DNA of 45,740 nucleotides from Ionaspis alba (Eukaryota), in contig CAXUUL010000052.1 of NCBI GenBank assembly GCA_964255285.1, forward strand, positions 1 through 45,740. The letters are read 5' to 3'. This document shows positions 35,228-45,740 of this stretch, in pieces. Position 1 is the stretch's first letter; the number at the start of each line of letters is the position of its first letter. A model generated the notes under the pieces. It was given only the letters and a program-made list of their open reading frames with translations. It did no database searches and was not told the DNA's origin. The position numbers and the translations under genes are program-made.

Positions 35228-38200
35228 ATGATTGAAGAGGACGGTTCAGAGGACGTCAATGACTTCCTGCAGCGAATACGGGAACTGGGTGACAAGCGGG
35301 ACAAGGAGGATGAAGAGCGCACGCGCAAGCTCGAGGAAGAGATTCTGCAGGGCAGAAAGGAGAGACAAGCTCGCCGAGCAGGTCAGGGCCTTGAACCACA
35401 ACTGGCGAAAGACGCATGTTTGCGCTAACACGTTTGGCATGAAGAGCGCGCTAGGTCAATATCTCCCACGAAAGACTCGCCTTCAAATGCCGGAACTCCC
35501 TCCTCAGTTCATACTATGACAGATACGCCGACACATCAGAGCTTCCTTCGAGGTTCCATTGATTCTCTACAGCCATCTCCGTCTATAGCCATGGATCGCG
35601 GCGAGGATAACGTGCAGTCAACCGGCGTTCCCAATACTCGAAGTGAGATGTCTAGAGAAAGAAACACAACCCGAGCGCTACACGATTCTCAGCTAGGTCT
35701 CAAATCTAGTCCGACACCCAGTGCTGCGATGCCGTCGCGCTCTGGAACACTCTCATGGCAGCAGCGCCCAACCTCCAGAGGTTCAACCAGTGCAAAGAGC
35801 CGGCCACTCTCTATGGGCGCGTCTGAGAACAGCGCAATGAGGTCTCCACGCGCAACACCCGGCCCTACGCCTTTGGATGTAAAGGAGAAGGAGAAGGAAT
35901 TGTCAAGAGACCAGATATCACACTCTTTGGCTTCAAAAGATCCTACTTGGTTCCGACAAACAGCGGATCGAGGTGCGGGCTCAGCTGCGTATCGGAAAAA
36001 CAAGGAAGATGATAGCTCAAATACAACTTCGTTGACTGGAAGTGTACGCTTACCTGGCTTCTCGCGTGAGTCCACAGTTGAGCCTGAAAAGGAGCATATT
36101 GTGCGACCCGAAAGTGTTCGTTCATCATCCCCCTCTCGAGATGACTCAGTACGAGGTAGCAGTGCCTGGAGTCAAAGATTTTCGAGTACTGCATCTTCAT
36201 CTTCTACAAACCCGGTTGGCTCTCCTCTCCCAACGTTGAGCTCTCAGCGACTCGAACCTCCCTCATCAGACACAACGTCTTCTAAATCAATCGAGAACAC
36301 GATTTCACGAAGCCCCGCTATGTCGCCGTCTCAAGGTCGCATCTCTCCTGAACGGATGGAGCGGCCAGTGTCACCTACTAAAGGTCTGGGAGGGTTCGTC
36401 CAAAGCGCTATGCTGAAACGTTCAGACAGTGTCAATAAGAGATGGAGTGCTCAAGCTGGTACTGGGCTGAGCCGAGGGAACTCAATTGCAAGCAATCGAA
36501 GCGGATACGATGGTGGTTTAAACGCGCTCAGTGGTGTAGGTTTGAGTCGCGAAACCTCTCCCATCGCCAGTTCGCGGCCTGGATCAAGCCACAGCAACGC
36601 CACGGTTACTCAGCGCGAAAAGTCCTGGGAATATGACAAAGTGACAGCTGCTGAAGCTTCTACGAAAGATGGGTTCGTAAAACCAGCTCTTCCTGTCCAC
36701 TCTCGTGCTCGTCAGAATACTTCGAACGATCTACAGAGCTCCAGTGGAGACACCCTTGACAGCAGCCCCCCATCAAGTCCAAGCAAGACGACAGAAGCCA
36801 AGAAATGGAGTCCCACAAAAGCCAGCTGGCTTGAAAGCGCGATTAACAAGCCAGACTCTCCCAAGCCAAAAGCTCCAGCTCCAAATCAACCTAGCTGGAT
36901 GGCCGATATTAACAAAGCTAAGACATTACGAGGCAGCGTGGACTTGGGAAAGTCTACAAGCTTTAAGGAAGTATCTACTGGTGGCTTACTCAGATCACCT
37001 CCAATGGGTACTACTTCAAAATCGCCAAGTCTTGGAAGTCTTGGAAGTCTTGTCAGCCCATCTGCGACTACATTATCGAAAGTCAAAGGGCCGGATATGC
37101 CGAGTGATACGAATTCCCGCGTAAAGCCAGATGCCCAGGACGATAGTGATTCCACATTGCCCGATATACAGAAATTACATTCGCCTTTAGAGCACGGCAA
37201 AAGCTCATCAAGGACTACAGCGGGAGAGTTGGGTCCTTCGTCCGAATCAATCGAGCCTCCCAAAATTGAGAACCTTGCCAGCGAGCGGTCACCAAAATCC
37301 CCACCCATTCTGAAGCCCAAGCCAATCACGCCCACGAAAAAAGACTTTAGATCTACATTGAAACCACGACAAATTTCCAGTGATAATGAAAAGAGTGCTG
37401 AGCCCGAGTTCAAGAACGTCTTTGGGAAATTGAAACGGACAGAGACAAAGAACTACGTTGCACCAGATGAACTCAAGAATAATATCCTGAGAGGCAAAGC
37501 CGGTCTCGCGGTCACCGGCGGACCTAAGAAGACTGAGAGGAAAGATGAGTTTAAGGAGAGTATCTTAAAGAAGAAAGAAGAGATGAAAGTTGGGATTTCT
37601 TCTAATGCAACGCGCAAGACTAGCAATAGCAGTCTTAATAGTGCTCAAGACTCACCAGCTCCAGAAGCAATCGCCAAAAGAAATGACCTGATAAGACCAG
37701 AGAGTGCTCTCGGTAATCGCAGTATTAGCACGGATACGTCGTCTGTGCCAGCAGCTACTGAGCTGGCATCCCGACAATCGAGTCTAATCGATAAACCTAA
37801 GCTTGAGCTACCAGAGAAAAAGACTAGCGCTCCTGCCCGTCTGCAAAAAGAGTCTGCAACGGGTGGAAAGCTAGCAGATCGATTCAACCCTGCCTTGGCT
37901 GGCCTTCTGCAGCGTGGGCCATCTCCGTTGACTGGTGGCGTTGCCCCCCTGCGAACGATGAGTCCCGTTAATTTCAAGGACGAAAACCAGACATCAGCGC
38001 CAGTCGCATACCACAATAGTGCTTCCGATCCTCCACAACAACTTACTCATGCCACAAAAGCTAGAGCTCGTGGCCCTAAGCGACGTCCTCCCACGTCTAC
38101 GAATACCGACAACGAAAACACCCAACCATATTCCGTCTCAGAGTCAACCTCTCCACAGCATCTGTCCCCTTCGCTCGATATTCCCAAAATAACGAAGCTA

Positions 38201-40241
38201 TCCTCTCCTCACGCTGAAGACGCAGCTTCGGTTCGGGACCCACTTCCAATGCCATTATCCAACATCACTAATAACAGTAACAAGACAATACAAGCTAAAT
38301 CACCCGCGAAATCTAGCAGTCCGACCAAGCGTTCGGCCTCCATTGAAGCCAAGCATATAGAAAATAGTGGTTCTTCGTCGCCCAAAGCGGCATTCTCCCC
38401 TCAGCAAAGGTCTCCATCAATCACGAAAGGAAAATCCGCGAAAAGTCCTCGAGCTCCGGGAGTGCGAAAGCCCTCGGCTAGTGTCGTCAAACCTTCAAAT
38501 ACTGCATCTCCATCGATCGCCACAGAAGCCAAAGCAGAATCTAGTAGTCCAAGTCGTGAGACCATGGGTACACCCAAAGCTCAAATGTTGGAAAAAGAAG
38601 CAAAGGCTGTATCTGTTGCTAGTGCTGCAGCTCATTGGAGAACCTCAGCAACAACAGAGATACAACCTGCGCCACGAGCAAGATCCCCGATCAAGTTGCC
38701 TACGCGACATGACGAGGAGGCTGCCACGAGAGAAGCTGGTCTGCCTGACCGAGATGCTCAGAGTCCAATTGGTTTGGGTATCGATTCTATGTCTTTAGGA
38801 CCTTCACCGAAAGCCACTAGATCTCCTCCTCCGCCTGCCAAGAAGCCAGAATCCATAGCCCATCGAGTTGTCTCAACCACTGCGCTACCCACACCTCCTC
38901 AGCAAACCGTCGAGTCTCCAACCGTCGCAAATTCAGATGCCAGTCGCATTCTCCGCAAATTCTTCGGTGAGAACCTCGCAACCAAAGTCAAACTCGATGT
39001 CGACGCGCAACCAATCCTCGCCTCCCGAGGCACCAACCTCGACTCTGGCAAGATCAAAACCTTACGAAAACAAATCTGGGAAGTCAGCGAGTCTGGCAAG
39101 CGCCTCCCCATCCCCTCACATCAAGAGCACATCCTCTTCGAAGAAAGCCTCTACCTCTGCACGCACGTCTTCGGCACCGCCAGCGGTAAGCGCACCACGG
39201 AAGTCTACCTCTGGTGCGGTGACGGCGTGTCCCCACCCGCTATCGAAGACGCTCAACTCTTCTCCAAAACAGCCGCCAAAGAAGCCGGTGGCAAGCTCAT
39301 CATCTTAGCTCAGGGTAAAGAAACCTCCAACTTCTTTGAAGCACTCGGCGGCATCGTGATCACGCGCCGCGGATCCAGCAGCCGCTTTAGCTCCTCTGCT
39401 GGCGCTGCTGCAACCTATATGCTCTGTGGCCGCCGCCACATGGGCCAGATCGCCTTCGACGAAGTCGATTTCTCACCCGCCAGTCTCTGCAGCGGCTTCC
39501 CCTACATCGTGTCCGCAACCTCGGGGCGGCTCTACCTATGGAAAGGCCGTGGCTCCGGTGCGGACGAGCTAGGCTGTGCGCGTCTCATTGGCATGGATCT
39601 AGGCCTGACCGGCGAGATCGAAGAAGTGGATGAGGGCAAGGAGCCTCCCGCGTTTTGGCAGGCTTTCCCTGGCGCACCGAAAGCTGTGGATATGCCTCAG
39701 GGGCACTGGCATCTGAAGCCCGGGTGCGAGAAATACACCACCAGGCTCTTTGCGCTTGAGATGGAGGGACGGCCGAAGTCGAGCTCGAGCTTTATTTGGG
39801 GGAGGAGGGGTAGTGCGCCAGCGTTGGATGATTCATTAACGGCGCAGGTGAGGGAGGTTGTGCCGTTTACGCAGAAGGATTTGAGTGCTGAGGGCGTGTT
39901 TGTGCTGGATGCTTTCTTCGAGATTTACATGTGAGTCTTCCCATCCTTCGCGCATCTTGGGTATGGTTATGCTGATCGTTATCAGAATTGTTGGTGCTGC
40001 TGCCATTTCTAAATTGCCCAACTTCCGTGCTGCGCTGCTTTTTGCGCAGGAGTATGGGATTCTGGCTGCTTCGATGGAGGATCGACCGTTCGTGCCTGTA
40101 AGTACCGTTGTACTAGAGGGAGTGCCGGCTATTGTGAAGAGTGTGTTTCGGAAATGGGACGATAGAAAAGTCGTGACGCGGGAGAGCGGAGACCTGGTTG
40201 TCGTGCTACTGAATTCGGCGGTAGAAGCTACAGGCGGGTAA
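35228..40241 (+). CDS. Gelsolin/villin-repeat protein with long disordered N-terminus (DUF4045-type); exons 35228-35381, 35445-39930, ~39986-40241
   Basis: N-terminal DFLQRIRELG..DEERTRKLEEEI, PTKGLGGFVQSA and SWLESA motifs; C-terminal gelsolin-like repeats (VYLWCG..QGKE..FF, LYLWKG..EGKEPPAFW, DL..EGVFVLD). Confidence 0.88.
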
Positions 40242-40396
40242 TGAGTATGGTCTTACATGATCTATCAGAGACACATAGTTTCTTCGCTCTACTTTTCTTG
40301 TATATATTTAGGGGTGTGCTGGATAAGGGGTGGGCCGGCCATGGTGTTATTCGCAGGAGAGGCAGCATTGGGTGTGGGAGTGATCGTTCTGTATAA

Positions 40397-40606
40397 CATT
40401 GATAGGATACACGGATCATAGTTCTGTTTCCACGGTGCATTGCGAGACTCTNNNNNNNNNNNNNNNNNNNNNNNNNNNNNNNNNNNNNNNNNNNNNNNNN
40501 NNNNNNNNNNNNNNNNNNNNNNNNNNNNNNNNNNNNNNNNNNNNNNNNNNNCATTGATAGGATACACGGATCATAGTTCTGTTTCCACGGTGCATTGCGA
40601 GACTCT
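40397..40606. other. Scaffold gap (N 40452-40551) with identical 55-bp flanks
   Basis: 40397-40451 equals 40552-40606. Confidence 0.95.
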
Positions 40607-40777
40607 AGCGTTCTACACAATGCCCATCAGGCGCTGGGGTGGCATGACTCCAGATGTGATAACTTTGAGGTAGGCGAATTACTGTCCAGGAGGTCGCCGA
40701 CGGCGTCAAAAGGAGCAAATCCCAATAACGATCCTTGCCCGCATTATTTTGGCAGATAAGGAGTAGAAGGAATCATG

Positions 40778-41250
40778 GCATGATATATCATGATCGGCAG
40801 GCTCAAGATATGATATCGAGGAGGGCACCACATTGTCAAACGTATTGCGAGTATGACATAGATCATGTGACACCAACTGAACAGTAAAGAAAACAGAAGT
40901 TGACAGCATATCATGCTTCGCAAGCCAGAGATGTGATATCTAGGAGGCCGCCCACTGTGCACCATCCAGCTGTAAGACAAACGCTGGTCATGTGACCTCA
41001 CCAGGGATGATAATCACTGATAGAGGTTGCATCATTTTATATTCTGCATGCCCAAGATCTGATATCCAGGTCTCCTTGGTCGTCAACAAAAGGACAGCTC
41101 CGACGCAAATCTTATGACACCAGCACGGAAGGCAATGGCAGTAGGTCTGTAGTCATATCACGTCTTCCCAGTCCAAGATATGCTAATCAGGAGGGCGCCT
41201 GTCATACCGCAAATCTGTAACTCACACACCAATCATGTGACTCAGGCGAA
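40778..41250. repeat. Diverged non-coding tandem array, 4 units of ~121-126 bp with conserved motif blocks
   Basis: AGATNTG(A/C)TA block at 40806, 40929, 41055, 41176; TCATGTGAC-like block at 40863, 40988, 41110, 41233; CATATCA-like block at 40784, 40907, 41033, 41154. Confidence 0.85.
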
Positions 41251-41436
41251 AAAGGCAATGAAGAAAAAGGGCTTGCAAAGATATCAATATGTCTTTCCGC
41301 TCTTCTCTTATCAAGTCCGCAACTACCTTCACGCTCCAGGACCTATGTTACACAGCCATTTTCCATCCACCCCAAACTCCACCGCTATGTATGCAACAGA
41401 ACCCCTTCCGACCCCAATTCTACTCAACTGACGCAT

Positions 41437-44024
41437 TTACTCGCCATCAGTATCTGTATCCGTATCCGTATCGCTCGTTTCCTCCGCCTCTCCCTCTGTA
41501 TCACTCTCATCACTATCGCTCTCCGCCGCCCGCACCTTCTTCGGCTTCTTCGCCGTTGTGGGCGAGCTCATGCCGCCCGACTTGAGCATATTCATCTGGC
41601 CCGCAAGAGAATCTGTACCAAACCCGCATTAGCCATAATCCCTCACAATCAAGCCTTAGACGCAAAGGCTCATAAAGCTATGGCAAATGAGTCAACTCAC
41701 CCTCATCCGGCTCACTAATTTCCTCCTCCTCACTAATCCAATCCGCCTTCTCCGCATCCTCAACCACCAACGTCGCCTCCTGCCGACTATCCATCCCAAT
41801 GTACGAATCACACACTAGATGAAAGACAAATGTGTAACTGCCCGGCTGTGGCGGTGCCTGGAATTGCAGTTTCATCGTCTGCATGTTGAAAGTCGGCCTC
41901 CCCGAATCGTCGAAAATAGGTTTGGCGAAAGTGGTGATGATAGAGGGAGGAACGGCGACTCGATTCTGCTTGCTCTCGCCCAGGAACATGTGCCACCGAG
42001 GTGAATGGTCGCGCGCGAAGTAGGGAGCGAAAGCTAGAGGTGGAGCGACAGGATTATCGTCTGCGGCTGCCGATGGTATGGTCCCCTCGGCGTTCTTGGC
42101 CCTCGAGTTCTTGTGAGGTTTCCGCCCGAGTAGTGCATCCATGTCGCCCTCATCGGGATCGATGTCCTCGAGATCGAGCTCGTTGACTTCGGGAACATTT
42201 GCCGTTCCTGGGGGAACGACACGGGCTTTGGTGACGAATTGGACCAAGCTGCCGGGAACAATATGCTTCTCACCCATAACTTTGAAGAAGATCTTTTCGA
42301 CTTTGAGGAGAGGGATCTGCCGTGCGACGGCAACGGCATCGTTGTATTGTTGAGGAGTAAGCGTGCCGGGTTGGTCGGTGGCGAGCTTTCGACGCTGATA
42401 TTCGGGCATGGCCATGAATTGTTGGATGGTGAGGTGTTTCCGTGCGCTTTTGCCTTCGATGACTTGGGCGATGGAGTGCGTTATATATGGGAGCTGGAGG
42501 AGTGGTGAGGACTTCGGCGGAATGGTTTGCATTATGTACTGCGAGGCTCGGTAGGCGCTGAGGAGGGGAGCCAAGGAGCCATGGGCGAGGCAGATGGCTA
42601 TGAAGGATTCGTTCATGGCCAGTGCGAGCGGCGCGATTTCGTACTTCTCTGTCAGAGCGTCAGTTTTGTTTTCCTCGAAAAGACTTCATGACGGCTCACC
42701 ATCGTCTAGGGCAGGATCGCCAAGGTTTACTCGACCCAGATAAGCCCATAACAGAGCCAAGGTCTTTCTACGTGTTCCTTCGAGCTCTTCGATCTGTTCT
42801 CGGTCCTTCGCAGATAAACCAGCAGCCGTAACAGTGACTTTACCGTCTTGGAAGATTGCTTTCTCAAGCTTTTCGAGACCAGTATCAGCCCTGCCTCCCT
42901 TCAGAACTCCTTCGAACTCCTCTCCGCTGCTTAAAGCACCTAGGACACCACCATCTGAGATATCTTCTTTGTATTCCTTGAACAGTTTACCAGCACTTGC
43001 GACCAAAACCTTCTCTTTCGTCATTTTTTGAGTACCATNNNNNNNNNNNNNNNNNNNNNNNNNNNNNNNNNNNNNNNNNNNNNNNNNNNNNNNNNNNNNN
43101 NNNNNNNNNNNNNNNNNNNNNNNNNNNNNNNNNNNNNNAGTTTACCAGCACTTGCGACCAAAACCTTCTCTTTCGTCATTTTTTGAGTACCATACCACCA
43201 TTTTCCAACTACGTATGGCAGAAGAACACCAAGGAGCAAGCCGTAGACCATCAAGACGTATTTCCCGTTGCCATCCGTTATGATGAATTTCGGAAGCGCT
43301 ATCCCAATACTGAAACTTTGCTTCCCGTCTGGATGCCCAAACTGTATGTAGTTGTTCCGCACTTCCTCGTCCGTCAGGGCCTTGTAGGCTTTGCTGATCT
43401 CAACATAACGCGCCGTTGCATCTTCGACAGTCTGATTCTCCGCAAGCTTGACTTTATCGGGATGGTAGAGTAGCGTGAGTTTTCTATAGCGTGATTTGAT
43501 AGTCTTCTCGCTGGCGGACTGCATTCCGTGTCAGCACATACCTCAGCAAGTTTGGGAACGACCAATTCCCGCACCCTCGATATCTCTAATATGTTATAGG
43601 GATCCCAGATTTTTGGTATCGTCCTCGCAGTCACCATGATCAAATAGACCATCCACGCCATGATTAGGTATCCTGTAACAACTGTGATAAACCGCTTCAA
43701 TCTCCTTTCTCTTCGCCATTGTTTCCTCTTCTGCCCCTGTATTAGGTCTTCGTCTTTCGGCTTGAAATCAGTCTTTATCCGCGGCGCTGTATTCTCGAGC
43801 TCTGGATGGTTGTCAGTAACAGGTAATTCCGCGGTTCTGATAGTGACTTTGTTAAGCAGACCTTTGCTTGGCTTGAGGAGGGAGTATGTGAGCGGGAGGG
43901 TGACCAGGCCGGTGATGGTGAGGATGAAGAAGGGAAAGAATTGGCCCTGTAGAGGTCAGTCCATGCTCTCGTCTCTCATGTAGTCTTCACACACCTGCTC
44001 ATCGTAATTATAGTCTGTAGACAT
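41437..44024 (-). CDS. SEC63: ER translocon subunit Sec63 (J-domain + Sec63/Brl domain), multi-exon, crossing an artefactual gap
   Basis: MSTDYNYDEQ|GQFFPFFILT, WDPYNIL, J-domain YHPDK, FGHPDGKQSFSIGIALP, APYFARDHSPRW, CDSYIGMD, acidic tail ..DTDTDTDTDGE*. Confidence 0.96.
42984..43193. other. Scaffold gap (N 43039-43138) with identical 55-bp flanks inside SEC63
   Basis: 42984-43038 equals 43139-43193; collapsing the duplicate restores WWYGTQKMTKEKVLVASAGKLFKEY. Confidence 0.95.
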
Positions 44025-44958
44025 TTTGCACGGCGGCTAGTGACAGTTGAAGCACAAAGCGAGTTCCCAGGAACGAATGCGCGGGGACGCGTTGAGCTGG
44101 TAGGACAGAATTAAATATGGAGGACAGTAAGCCAGATCATGAGTTAACAGATCATGCAGAATAGCTGAAGAGGGTCTGCAGGCACAGATATAAATTTATT
44201 ATTGCTCAGCCTCCATCTACAACACAGTCCGGGCGGCCGTTCGACATGTGTCCTTAAATATTTCTTGGCCTCTATGCTTGATCCGGCTAGCTGATTCGCT
44301 AAAACAAAGGGCTACAACGGTGTTGACAAGGTGCTTATCGTTACACTTTATGATGGAATCACATAGATAGAGACACACATAAGATGTAACATTATAGATT
44401 GGAGGGTGCCTAGAGTCCGCCAGGTATGTAATTCCAATCCACAATCGCAACCGGGACCTTCAGCGCACACATGTCCAGCAATCGACAAACGCGAGTAAAT
44501 TCCCTTTCCTTCAACCCATCAAGTCCTCCTTTCCTTCCTTTTCTCTCATCAGCGAGCTCCAGCAGTCCCGTCACTTGTCCTCCTAAGTCGGAACCGCGAG
44601 CACACAGCTGCATCTACACCATTTTTGTCCCATTTTCCTCCGCACGAGTGGGATACTAGAGTCCAATGGGTTCAGACAATAGACTAATCCTCCTCCTTTC
44701 GTCCTCCAACCCAACCGAGTTGTAGTATTCCCAGGGGCGATCTGCTTCGAGTCGAGTCTTCACATGTTCCATGCCTCTGCTTCAGGGATCGGTAAATGTA
44801 GACTCGATTGTTGTTGATGTCATCAAGACATGTCTGTGTAATAGCCAACAGCATTCCAAATGAATGGCGAACATGCGCCAAGCAGTAGCGCAAGGTATCC
44901 CAAAGTTCATGTCGTTTGCGACGCCAGTAAAGTGTCAGAGACCAAACTCCTCCAACTC

Positions 44959-45312
44959 CTAGGGCTCGATAAAATCAAGACCCCCAAAATATTCCATCAT
45001 CTTAACGCACAATCCTTCATCTTCTTCTCCACCTTCGCTTGCCTCGCCAAAGATCCGGCGCTTTTCCAATTCCAGTTTCTCGGCCTCCTCTCGTTGTCTG
45101 CGCTCTCGCACTTGCCAGGCCACGTATCGATTGTGCCAGTGACGGGCCGAGACTCCGTTACGTCGGCTAGAACCGGAGGGCGGAGATGGCATCGATGCAA
45201 GATCACGGGATCCTGCGACCGTGTCTATAGGATGGTCAAAGGTGCCTGGTTTGACCGGCATACCGGAAGCTTTGTGGCTACCGCGGGTGCGGCGTCTATT
45301 GTGTCTGCTCAT
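44959..45312 (-). CDS. Small hypothetical protein, 117 aa
   Basis: ATG in good context after a pyrimidine-rich leader; basic N-terminus, charged helix (RERRQREEAEKLELEKRRIFG), acidic patch. No family recognised. Confidence 0.6.
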   Translation of the reverse strand: MSRHNRRRTRGSHKASGMPVKPGTFDHPIDTVAGSRDLASMPSPPSGSSRRNGVSARHWHNRYVAWQVRERRQREEAEKLELEKRRIFGEASEGGEEDEGLCVKMMEYFGGLDFIEP

Positions 45313-45740
45313 GCTTGGTCATGCGACAGTAGATAGAAAGTAAAGAAAGGCTGGGAAAAGAATGATTGATCGATCCGGAGAAGGATGAAGGGAATGCATC
45401 GTGACCAGTAAGGGGGGGGCATTATATAGACATTGCTTGGGGGGTTATGTGTCATCATGTGATGACCCATAATCACGAAACATAGGATGAATGTTTCTCT
45501 GTTCTCTGAGTCATTCATGTGACAGCAAGAAGCAAGTTTGGATCATAAAGTGGATTGCGACAAAATGATTCGCCACCGCGTGACTCACAAAACGAACTTC
45601 GCTTCCGAACTCGGATATCGCCCAGTGACATAGCCGAGTTCTAGACCAAGTAACTCGTGATGGAGGGCTCGATAAGTCCCAGATACTTGTCAACCATCAC
45701 TAGAATGCTCTTCGATATTGGTCGCAACAAAATATGAGCA

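Noticed and set aside
40706..41001. Minus-strand ORFs with repeated PPRYHI
   Set aside because: Non-ATG starts; array units are not all multiples of 3 and the second block changes frame, so these are a by-product of the DNA repeat.
40778..41250. Array as CRISPR, 5S rDNA, C/D snoRNA cluster or yeast point centromere
   Set aside because: Repeats are too degenerate and there are no cas genes; no similarity to fungal 5S; no regular RTGATGA/CTGA pairing; a CDEI-like motif is present but there is no very AT-rich CDEII or CDEIII.
42984..43193. SEC63 as pseudogene or internal duplication
   Set aside because: Assembly overlap artefact; the frame is restored on collapsing.

Overview
Intron-containing genomic DNA from a filamentous ascomycete (Pezizomycotina-type GT-AG introns with CTRAC branch sites). 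Four of the five 100-N gaps are flanked by exact 55-bp duplications, consistent with a k=55 de Bruijn scaffold. About 17 protein-coding genes are present, in order: Mis12 (truncated), a Met-rich GPI-type cupredoxin, CENP-X/MHF2, an intronless 640-aa unknown with a PARP-finger-like Cys/His motif, a coiled-coil KEN-box protein, an SDR, a P450, an MFS permease, DRS1, a HIRAN-SNF2-RING (HLTF/Rad5-like) helicase, a ferric reductase, a GH51 arabinofuranosidase, a very large spliced GNAT protein, ARL2 (seen only as a fragment in the ORF track), a gelsolin-repeat protein, SEC63 and a small unknown ORF. The least explained element is a non-coding array of four ~123-bp units at 40778-41250, with conserved motif blocks and variable spacers, lying between two convergent gene ends. 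A weaker ~60-bp-phased echo occurs near 45400-45660. No tRNA, rRNA, transposase or CRISPR array was recognised. All exon boundaries were read by eye.
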